DNA of 64,000 nt from Candidatus Bathyarchaeota archaeon. Lineage in GTDB: Archaea > Thermoproteota > Bathyarchaeia > 40CM-2-53-6. This document shows positions 18,259 to 26,669 of this stretch, piece after piece. How positions within the stretch are numbered: the stretch's first letter is position 1; every line of letters begins with the position of its first letter. Made by a program: the position numbers and the translations under genes. The stretch is taken from the NCBI GenBank assembly GCA_963726255.1, contig CAVSBL010000002.1, forward strand, positions 128,001-192,000, in the 5' to 3' direction. The notes below the pieces were generated by a model, which saw only the letters and a list, made by a program, of their open reading frames with translations, made no database searches and was not told the DNA's origin.

Positions 18259-18909
18259 ATAATACCGCCATTAGAAGCACGCCGAATCACGTGGATGAAC
18301 ACAATTGCAGAACGACTGAAGTCACTGGAAAAGACAATTGAAGGGTTCAGCTTCCAAGGTCTGCAAGGTAATCCCTTGTTCGTTACGGCGGTTATACACG
18401 CTACAACTATAGCGCTGAGAAATCGCCAGAAAGAGAAATTGGAGGCTCTTCAAAATGCAGTTGTGAACACTGCTGTTGGCATCGACATCGAAGAGAACCT
18501 CCAACTATTCTTCCTAGAGATGGTGGACGAGCTGACTCCTCTACAACTGAGGATATTGACTTACTTCAACGATCCGAAGAAATGGTTCAAGATGCAAGGA
18601 CAAGAACTCTCGACGGTTCAGGCCCATTCGAGTCCATTTGGCAAGCCCGTTCCGTATTATGCATTGTATGAAGCAATACCTGAATTTAATGACCTGGATG
18701 GTCGAAGTGTCACTGATTTCATCGTAGACGACCTTCATAACAAAGGTCTCTTGGTTCCCAAAGTGGAGGACTTGGAGAAAGAAACAGCAACTAGGATGTT
18801 TGATTCTAGAACTACCAAGCTAGGAAGGCAATTCATTCAGTACCTTTCGGCGGCAAAGCCTGCAAAACACAACGACCACCGTTACGAATCAGGTGTGCCG
18901 GAACTCTGA
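18238..18909 (+). CDS. Island hypothetical protein (Abi-alpha-like by recollection), probably lacking its native N-terminus
   Basis: PPLEARRITWM...FVTAVIHATTIALRNRQKEKLEALQNAVVN...TTKLGRQFIQYL; same frame as the integrase remnant. Confidence 0.55.
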   Translation: MALKRFLIIPPLEARRITWMNTIAERLKSLEKTIEGFSFQGLQGNPLFVTAVIHATTIALRNRQKEKLEALQNAVVNTAVGIDIEENLQLFFLEMVDELTPLQLRILTYFNDPKKWFKMQGQELSTVQAHSSPFGKPVPYYALYEAIPEFNDLDGRSVTDFIVDDLHNKGLLVPKVEDLEKETATRMFDSRTTKLGRQFIQYLSAAKPAKHNDHRYESGVPEL

Positions 18910-19309
18910 ACTCTCGGTCTTTTGGTTCCAACCCTACTCGACTCGTTTCCGATCGCATACTTCTGAAACATTGACAAATGCGTTGGCGACCCACAAACGT
19001 GCCTTAGCTATCCAATACCGCTGGTAGAAGTATGAAGTTGTTTCATGTTGATAGTAGCGTAGTTGAGTACTGTTATAGATAGATAAATGAGTGAAGTATT
19101 CTCAGTCAACGTTTCAAATGAAACGTAGTCAGACGTTTCAGATTGTATGCGCTCTTTAAGCCCTGAGATAACAGGAACATGTTTGACTGCGAGTCTGCAT
19201 CGTGGAGAACTAGAATGGACCTCCCTATTGGGACTTCGCCTCGAAGCCTCGCCTTGAAGCTACTCGGAACCAATAAATTCAAAGTAACCTAACAATTAAC
19301 GACAGACGT

Positions 19310-20779
19310 TTGACACAGGTTCAGTCTTGGATGGACTTCTATGGGTTGCTAGGCGACCCTTTCGATACGTTGGCCCTACGGTCCAATGATGAGCTAAGGA
19401 CGTTATTCGTCAAGACGCATGATATAGTTGAGCAGGTTGACCCCTTAATTGACCACTTCATGGATTTGAGCGCATTCATTAGAACGGTCATGGGTCCGAG
19501 AGGCGCTGGCAAATCCACCTGTCTCTGGTACATGGTTTCGAAGGCTCGAGGATTCGAGAATTCGATCGCAGCGTATATTCCCTATCAATACTCGATTCTT
19601 TCCGGAAAGAGCGATCCCCAATATGCTGTGGGTCTTGACGCACTCAACAGAATTGTGCATGAACTAGCTAATGCCCTGAATCAAAGATATCAGTCACGCC
19701 CTCCGCCGTCCGAACTAAAGAAGATCTTGAGAGGGATTCAGCTTTTAGACACAGATTATGACGTGACTAGTGAGAATTTCTACCGTGCCCTATCCAATTC
19801 CTTGGACGAGATCCTCAATCTTGGTGCAAAGTCGAATCTGAAAGGGTTAGTGGCGATAGATAACTATGACAAGGTCCCTGACGAAAAGGTCGCGTTGGGT
19901 TTTCTTCGCAGTTCATATGCACGACAATTATTTGAGCGTCTTCAGAAAAATGGCGTATCTATCGTCTTTACTGCAGAGCAAAGTTGGGGCTATTCAATCG
20001 CAGCCGACCCCGAGTTCAGTTATCTAGGCCACCCGATCAACCTTGGACAGCTTAGTCCAGCTGAAGCAGAGCAAATCGTGCGCGTGAGACTTCAAGCTAA
20101 GAAGTCTACAAATGTCAACCTACCATTTCCGTTCTCCGACCAGGCACTTTCTCGAATCGTTGTTGCTAGGAACGGCATAGCTAGAGACATCCTGGAAACC
20201 TGCCGGTCTTGTCTCCTTCAAGCAGCGAGCATGAAGATCCCGCAAATCGACGAAAGCTGGGTGACTGAATATCTTTCGGCCGAACAACGTGCAGAAAAAA
20301 GGTACTACGAAACCATGTTTCAAGGCGGAATAGAACACAGAATTTTCGAATACGAAAAAGTAGCGTTGCAGTTAGAAGACTATCCAGATTACCTATCCGC
20401 GTATTGGCCGAGCAGGATTTCCTCAAGAGAATTGGTGAATCTGTTGGAGAAAATGAGCTTGCTCTCAGGTGACATCAACTTTTCTATCGTTCGTAAGAAG
20501 CCAACCAATGAGGTTTTGTACAACGAAGAAATGCTGGATCTGAAGAGTTTTCGTGAAATACCGGATGCCGAGAAAGTCATCACATTTCTCAGGATTGACG
20601 CGTCTGAATTTAGTATAACTTGGAATTATGACGAAATCGCTAACATGGTGGGTTTCATCGTTCCCAAGAAAACCAACGATGCGCTAATTGCGTCAATTGT
20701 CAGCCTTCACGCAAAAACCGCCCAATTTCCAGGAACCGAACTGCGCAAGTTGGTCGAACTGTCGGTGAAAGATGATTGA
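19310..20779 (+). CDS. P-loop AAA+ ATPase (ExeA/Cdc6-like layout) with unrecognised C-terminal domain
   Basis: FYGLLGDPF N-terminus, Walker A GPRGAGKS, Walker B LVAIDNYD, lid FPFSDQAL...NGIARDIL. Confidence 0.85.
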   Translation: MTQVQSWMDFYGLLGDPFDTLALRSNDELRTLFVKTHDIVEQVDPLIDHFMDLSAFIRTVMGPRGAGKSTCLWYMVSKARGFENSIAAYIPYQYSILSGKSDPQYAVGLDALNRIVHELANALNQRYQSRPPPSELKKILRGIQLLDTDYDVTSENFYRALSNSLDEILNLGAKSNLKGLVAIDNYDKVPDEKVALGFLRSSYARQLFERLQKNGVSIVFTAEQSWGYSIAADPEFSYLGHPINLGQLSPAEAEQIVRVRLQAKKSTNVNLPFPFSDQALSRIVVARNGIARDILETCRSCLLQAASMKIPQIDESWVTEYLSAEQRAEKRYYETMFQGGIEHRIFEYEKVALQLEDYPDYLSAYWPSRISSRELVNLLEKMSLLSGDINFSIVRKKPTNEVLYNEEMLDLKSFREIPDAEKVITFLRIDASEFSITWNYDEIANMVGFIVPKKTNDALIASIVSLHAKTAQFPGTELRKLVELSVKDD

Positions 20780-21228
20780 ATATGAGGCTTATCTGCGACA
20801 GGGAATATCTCGGTAGAGATGGTGTCAAATGGCGGGTGTACGCAACAACTGAGGATTGCCGGTTGCTAACCGGTATGCCCTGCAAGCTCTGCGTGGAGGT
20901 CAGGAATCCAATGCCGGGACACCTAGAGGCTAAGGTCCGAGCTACGGCTCTGAATCGCATAGTACTGTTTGGCTCACAGGTTCAGAATCCAGACTGGAAT
21001 GTACAAATGATTGTGCCACCCAGAAACGGGCCTCGACATCCTGGCGTTGCGTTGGAAGTTACACAGGTTACTGGCGGAAAGTCAGGCCCGGGTCGCGAAA
21101 CCATAGACGTTCAGGTTTCTCACATCATTCCCGCTTTTTCTCGAGGACCTACACCTGTGACCCTAAAGCTAGATCTGGAACTAATCGAACCAAGTTTCGT
21201 ACCCCTGCACAGTGAAAATAACCGTTAG
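20776..21228 (+). CDS. Beta-rich hypothetical protein coupled to the ATPase
   Basis: 4-nt overlap with the ATPase stop; alternating hydrophobic pattern. Confidence 0.6.
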   Translation: MNMRLICDREYLGRDGVKWRVYATTEDCRLLTGMPCKLCVEVRNPMPGHLEAKVRATALNRIVLFGSQVQNPDWNVQMIVPPRNGPRHPGVALEVTQVTGGKSGPGRETIDVQVSHIIPAFSRGPTPVTLKLDLELIEPSFVPLHSENNR

Positions 21229-21250
21229 ATTACTCAGGTTTTGAAGCCCA

Positions 21251-21733
21251 ATGTTTACCCTTGATATTGTTCCGTTCGTGATTGCTATTTTCCTCGACTT
21301 AATCTCGCCTTTTTCCCCGTTCACAAAGAGGATCATGGAGAATCTTGAGGGAACACTACGGTACGAGAATGCCGACGCCTACCTCATCGAAATCATCAAG
21401 GATTGGGTCACTTACGTTTCTGATTCATCACTTGTATTTACGTCGATTTGCGTTTCTATCGCAACTGTTCTTGTACTGCCGATCTTTAGAGCGAGTTTTG
21501 TACTTGACCTAACAGCTTTGCGACTCGGGTTGTACGCCGTACCCTACTTTTACTTGCTCCTTACCGAAACCATGCTCTGCTCTCTGTTAGCTTATACCTA
21601 TTTCCGTCTGCCCAAAACAAGTCCGTTCGTTTTTGCTGTGGGTAAACTAAAGTGGGGATATGGTTGGACTGCCCTTGCTTCACTCGGAATGGACATCCTG
21701 ATTGTTGTCAGCATACTCGTGTATCAAGCCTAG
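21251..21733 (+). CDS. Four-helix membrane hypothetical protein
   Basis: Four hydrophobic segments; 22 bp after the previous ORF. Confidence 0.65.
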   Translation: MFTLDIVPFVIAIFLDLISPFSPFTKRIMENLEGTLRYENADAYLIEIIKDWVTYVSDSSLVFTSICVSIATVLVLPIFRASFVLDLTALRLGLYAVPYFYLLLTETMLCSLLAYTYFRLPKTSPFVFAVGKLKWGYGWTALASLGMDILIVVSILVYQA

Positions 21734-22056
21734 ACGTTAGAATCTGTCCAACGACCTCACGAATGTTGTAACTTACCTTTCGGGCGGTCCGCATCGAAAC
21801 CGATTTTCGCTACACTAGTCGTACACTAGAATGGATTTGATTCCAGTAAATATCCCGGCAGCCCTACTAATGCGAGCATATATGTACCGGTAAATTGGGG
21901 TCAGAATCCTCTTCCACGCTAGATTGCCGGTATGAGTTCTGATTTTGATTTTGACTTGCTAAGTGAAGGCGTCTCTTTTGTGCAGCGAAAATGCGTCTTC
22001 TGGGGTCTAAGCGTCGCCTCGATCAGTGGTAAGGGAGTTGAACTAGTGTTTAATAT

Positions 22057-22072
22057 CCCGCCCGAGGCTCCA
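22057..22072 (+). repeat. att-like copy of the tRNA-Thr(TGT) 3' end
   Basis: 16/16 match to 17877-17892. Confidence 0.85.
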
Positions 22073-22596
22073 ACATGTACCGTTAGAAGCTTGGTATCTG
22101 AACCGTGTCGGTACTTTCCACGCGGTGCGGGTTGGTTTGTTTGGTTGAGCGTGTTTTGCAGCTTGCGCCTAGTAGGGTTGTTGAGGATCACGATGAAGGC
22201 TTTGTATTTCGTCCCTATCCAGAAATCAATATGGTCGCCCACTCGGGGACGGCCACGCCTAGTTCTGTCCGACATAGAAGATTATGTGTCGGACAAAATT
22301 CAATCCACTCTATTTCGCATTCTTCATAGCTTTCAGGGCTGTTTTCTCAGCCTTCTTGGTTGCAACTATGACGTTGTTGGCTACTACGGCCGCATACATC
22401 GCAACCGGCGCGACGAGCGTGGCGATGCCAAGCCTGGGATCCCGAGGAAGGAAAGCCTTCTCGTTGACCCTTACGGAAGATTCCCTGATTGGTTTAGACA
22501 CGAGATGGCTTTCTAGCAGAAACCGCCTAGTCGCAAGGGTTCCGGAAAAGATTACTTAGGCCGAGTGTGCTCTTGGCGCTGGGTGGTAGTGGCACC

Positions 22597-24969
22597 GTGC
22601 AAGTCGCCGAGTACGATTTGTTCATCGACCTGGATTTTACTAATTTGAAATTCAAAGGAAAGCTGCTTATCAAGCTGAAGACGGAAGAAGACATACTCCT
22701 GAACTCTGTCGGCCTAAACATAGAACATGTCAGCTCGGGCCAAAGCGTCTTCCGCTTCAGTCAGAAAGACGAGGACCTAACTATCGAGACAGGGCCATTC
22801 GACGGCACCGTGCAAATCAATTATGCAGCTGCCATTCCGAATTCCTTAGCAGGAATCTACAGCGCTCCATACGACCATACGCATATCGTAACCACGCATT
22901 TCGAGGCAGCTCAAGCGAGGCGAATGTTCCCATGCGCTGACCGGCCCGACGTTAAAGCCGAGTTTAAGCTCGCAGTGAAAATCGACATGGGCCTTGAAGC
23001 AATTTCGAACATGCCCGTACAATCTGTTAGCCAGGATGGAGAGAAGAAAACAGTTACTTTTGAAAAGACACCGCGAATGTCCACCTACCTCCTTTACCTT
23101 GGAGTCGGTAAGTTCGAAACGCAGACAGAGAAACTCGGCAAGACCGAAATAATCGTGGCAACGACCCCAGGCAAGACGAAGCTGGGCAAATTCGCACAGG
23201 ATGAAGCCCGGCAAGCAATCAAATTCTTCAATTCCTACTATGGCCTACCATACTCGCTTCCAAAGGTGCACTTGATCGGTGTCCCTGAATTCGCGATGGG
23301 GGCAATGGAGAATTGGGGGGCTATTACTTTTCGCGAAATCATGCTGTTTGTTAACGCTAACACGAGCACTAGGATAAAGATGCGTTCTTCGATGGGCGTA
23401 GCTCACGAGTTAGCCCACCAGTGGTTTGGGGACCTAGTTACCATGAAATGGTGGGACGACATTTGGCTGAACGAAAGTTTTGCAACGTTCATGTCATACA
23501 AGGCGGTAGACTCTATCCACCCAGACTGGAAGATCTTGGATAATTTCTACAACGGGGAACCAAGAGTTGAAACACTCGCCGGAGCCTTAGGCAGAGATTG
23601 CCTGAAGAACACTCACCCAATCGAAGTCAAAGTAAAATCGCCTGACGAAATCGAACAAATCTTCGACGCCATTAGCTACGGCAAGGGTGCCCACGTACTC
23701 AGAATGATTGAGGCCTACATTGGTGAAGAAGCATTTCGGGAAGGTGTAAGCCGCTATCTCTCAAAGTACGCATACTCGAACGCCACTGGGAATGACCTGT
23801 GGTCCATGCTTGAAGCTGCGTCCGGGAAGCCTGTGAAGCAGATAATGTCTCATTGGGTGAAGCAGCCAGGATATCCAATTGTAACTGTTTCGTTGCGTGA
23901 CGGAAAGCTGGCTCTTCGGCAAGAGAGATTCCTTCTCTCGGGTGATACGGAGAATGTCACTTGGCCGATTCCAATTGTGATTGAAGTGAATGGCGAAAGA
24001 AGGCGGATCCTCATGGAGAAGGTGGACGAGATAGTTGAAACCAAGGGTTTGAAGTCGTTAATAGTGAACCCTGACTGCACGGGCTTCTTCTTGGTGAAGT
24101 ACGTCGGCCTCGATGCCCTTCTGTGGGAAAGTGAGCTTTCACCGTTTGACAAATGGGGAATAGTGTTCGACGCGTTCCTTTTCCTCCTTTCCGGAAGAAT
24201 CACTTACAAGGAGTATCTGGAGGTTCCGAACAAGTTCAGTAGAGAAGCCAGTACTCTTCCGGCGGGAGAGATTTCAGACCAACTAGGATTACTGTACACG
24301 CTTGTTCCTTCAAAAGTTGCCGAAAATGCAAAGGAATTTCATCGAACGCAGCTCGAATTGCTGGAGCACAAGACCGACGGGAACAGTTCAATCTTACGGG
24401 GCAAAGTGGCGTACAGGTTGGCGCTGGTCGATGAAGGATACGCCTCCAAATTAGGCAAAGATTTCAAAGATTACCAAAAGGTCCCACCCGACATGAAACA
24501 AGCCGTAGCTCTAGCCTATGCACGATCAACTAACGATTTCGACGGTCTCGCGAAGGCTTACAAGGAAAGCGGTTCGGACGAGGACAAAATCAGGTTCCTT
24601 AACGCGATGACCGGCTTCGCAGATGAGGCGTTGCTTCTAAAGACCTTGAGTCTTGCTCTGAGTGGCGAAGTCAAGAGACAAGACGTCGTCGCCGTAATTG
24701 GCGCCGCTGCTGAGAAGCCGCATGCTGGCGACACCATATGGCCTTGGCTGCAACTGAATATTGAAAGGATTCGGGACCTGTACCATAATACGGGAGTGCT
24801 TTCGGGAATGTTCGGAAGTCTGATCCCGATCTTAGGAGTCGGTAGAATCCAAGAGGTCGAGAGTTTCTTCGACAAGCACAAAATGCCCGAGGCAGAAATG
24901 GGGATCAAGGCCGGGCTTGAAAGACTGCCGGCATATGATCGGCTCGTCAAAAGCATCATGCAAACTTGA
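22597..24969 (+). CDS. M1 family aminopeptidase (tricorn-interacting factor F2/F3-like)
   Basis: GAMENWG, HELAHQWFG...WLNESFA, ISYGKG; likely GTG start 22597. Confidence 0.95.
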   Translation: MQVAEYDLFIDLDFTNLKFKGKLLIKLKTEEDILLNSVGLNIEHVSSGQSVFRFSQKDEDLTIETGPFDGTVQINYAAAIPNSLAGIYSAPYDHTHIVTTHFEAAQARRMFPCADRPDVKAEFKLAVKIDMGLEAISNMPVQSVSQDGEKKTVTFEKTPRMSTYLLYLGVGKFETQTEKLGKTEIIVATTPGKTKLGKFAQDEARQAIKFFNSYYGLPYSLPKVHLIGVPEFAMGAMENWGAITFREIMLFVNANTSTRIKMRSSMGVAHELAHQWFGDLVTMKWWDDIWLNESFATFMSYKAVDSIHPDWKILDNFYNGEPRVETLAGALGRDCLKNTHPIEVKVKSPDEIEQIFDAISYGKGAHVLRMIEAYIGEEAFREGVSRYLSKYAYSNATGNDLWSMLEAASGKPVKQIMSHWVKQPGYPIVTVSLRDGKLALRQERFLLSGDTENVTWPIPIVIEVNGERRRILMEKVDEIVETKGLKSLIVNPDCTGFFLVKYVGLDALLWESELSPFDKWGIVFDAFLFLLSGRITYKEYLEVPNKFSREASTLPAGEISDQLGLLYTLVPSKVAENAKEFHRTQLELLEHKTDGNSSILRGKVAYRLALVDEGYASKLGKDFKDYQKVPPDMKQAVALAYARSTNDFDGLAKAYKESGSDEDKIRFLNAMTGFADEALLLKTLSLALSGEVKRQDVVAVIGAAAEKPHAGDTIWPWLQLNIERIRDLYHNTGVLSGMFGSLIPILGVGRIQEVESFFDKHKMPEAEMGIKAGLERLPAYDRLVKSIMQT

Positions 24970-25001
24970 ATGGCGAAGAGTGTTGTGCGAGGTTCTTACG
25001 G

Positions 25002-26654
25002 TCATAATATTTTCTTCTTAACGAGGACCAAGAATACTACTGCGAGGCCTAGAACGACTGCGACAAGGGTTTCCACTTCCCGCCAGTTGACTGTTGATTC
25101 CTGATTACTCGTGAGACTTTGCCCGGTTAGTGGATTGAGTAGAGTCTCAACAGGTGCGTAATTATCCGTTAGGACGGGTGCGTTGCCCGTGTCTAATGCG
25201 AGATAGTTTGCCACATAGCTATTTAGTGCCGGGATTTTGACGGTTGTCGTGCTCGCTGCGAGATTTGCGAAGTCGGTTTTTGTCAGGGGGTTGGGGAGTC
25301 GTGTCGCGAGTATTATGACGTTCTGCGGTTCTTGGTAGTCGGCCCCGTTAACTGGGAAAACGTAGACTTCCGGGAAAACCGTGCTCACCGTCTTCACCTC
25401 GGCCATAAGCAGCTGGGCTTGGTCGCCGGAAGTTGCAGCAATAAGGTTGGAAATTAGGCTTCCTTCTCCAGTCAAGTGAGATGAAACTAGCGCGAAGAAC
25501 TCAGCAGTCATGAGGTGAAACGGGACATAACTCTTTGAGTACGCGTCCAAGACGACTAGGTCGTACTTGTGGGAGTTTCCTTGGAGAAATATGCGGCCAT
25601 CTTCGTTGTAGATGTGCAGCCTAGGGTTGCTGGCGTTTACGGCGAAATACGTTTCCGCGACTCGGATGACTTCAGGGTCGATTTCAGCGACATCAACCGT
25701 GACTTTAGGGTAGTCCTTCAGGAACGCTTTGGGGCCCGTGAAGCCACCGCCCCCAATGAACAGTACGCGGGTGATGTTCGAATTGAGGAGGAAGCCTAGG
25801 TGGAAATAGTCTGTGTATTCGAAGACCGTGCGGTCCGGATTATTGAGGTCCATGGCGCTGTGCAAGTTGTCATCCAAGATCAGGTAACGGACTGTTGATT
25901 GATGCGCGGGGTCATAGGCATCAGCCACTAGCAAATGATGGTACGGGGTATCCGCCTCGTATATTGTGTCGCCGAGCGCCAAGGTGTAGGCGGCGACAGT
26001 TAATCTTCGGCTAACCATGTACGGGGCCGCAAACGGCAGCACCAGGAGTACTAGTAGAACAAAGACTTTCATTCGAAAACCAAGCCCAAGAAATGCGACA
26101 ACCAATAAAGTCGCCCCAAGGCCGAGGACGATTTTGTTTACGCCAAATGCAGGGATGAGGACGAAAACGGTGACGAACGTACCCACTATGCTCCCAAGCG
26201 TTGACAACGCGTACAGATTTCCAGACAACTTACCTAATTTCTCGAAGCTTTTCGCTGCGAGGCGTATCGCATAGGGCGACACCATGCCCAACAGAATGCT
26301 TGGAAGCCCAAGCAGCACCGTCGTCGCCAAGAGCGGCGAGTACCGATCACCGATACCGAGCCTAACCACGAAATCAAAAACAGGTGGAGCGAGGGTAGGC
26401 AAAACTGTGACAAAAAGGCCTGCGACGAAAATGAGGAGAGACAGAATATGAAAATCTGGCTTGCGGTCGGCAACTTTTCCCCCCAAGTAGTAGCCTAGGC
26501 TTAGGGCCGCGAGAACGACACCGATGAGGCTGCCCCATACAAAGATTGAATTGCCGAAAACAGGGGCAAGTAGCCTACTCCCTAGAAGTTCAAGCGCCAT
26601 CACGACCGCGCCGGACACAAAAACAGAACATAGCAGTCGCAGTTGGTACGGCAT
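25002..26654 (-). CDS. Fused membrane (MFS-like) / spermidine synthase-like protein
   Basis: SGAVVMALELLGSRLLAP, LFIGGGG, EIDPEV, EDGR, LDAYS, LTDNYAPVE. Confidence 0.9.
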   Translation of the reverse strand: MPYQLRLLCSVFVSGAVVMALELLGSRLLAPVFGNSIFVWGSLIGVVLAALSLGYYLGGKVADRKPDFHILSLLIFVAGLFVTVLPTLAPPVFDFVVRLGIGDRYSPLLATTVLLGLPSILLGMVSPYAIRLAAKSFEKLGKLSGNLYALSTLGSIVGTFVTVFVLIPAFGVNKIVLGLGATLLVVAFLGLGFRMKVFVLLVLLVLPFAAPYMVSRRLTVAAYTLALGDTIYEADTPYHHLLVADAYDPAHQSTVRYLILDDNLHSAMDLNNPDRTVFEYTDYFHLGFLLNSNITRVLFIGGGGFTGPKAFLKDYPKVTVDVAEIDPEVIRVAETYFAVNASNPRLHIYNEDGRIFLQGNSHKYDLVVLDAYSKSYVPFHLMTAEFFALVSSHLTGEGSLISNLIAATSGDQAQLLMAEVKTVSTVFPEVYVFPVNGADYQEPQNVIILATRLPNPLTKTDFANLAASTTTVKIPALNSYVANYLALDTGNAPVLTDNYAPVETLLNPLTGQSLTSNQESTVNWREVETLVAVVLGLAVVFLVLVKKKIL

Positions 26655-26669
26655 TCAGATCAACGTCCG

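Larger units (their letters stand above)
17877..22072. mobile_element. About 4.2 kb degenerate genomic island integrated at tRNA-Thr(TGT)
   Basis: CCCGCCCGAGGCTCCA at 17877-17892 and 22057-22072; integrase remnant directly after the tRNA; visibly more AT-rich non-core cargo. Confidence 0.85.

Noticed and set aside
21919-22559. Overlapping ORFs 21919-22275, 21932-22516 and 22284-22559
   Set aside because: They overlap each other, two cross the att site, and none has a recognisable motif
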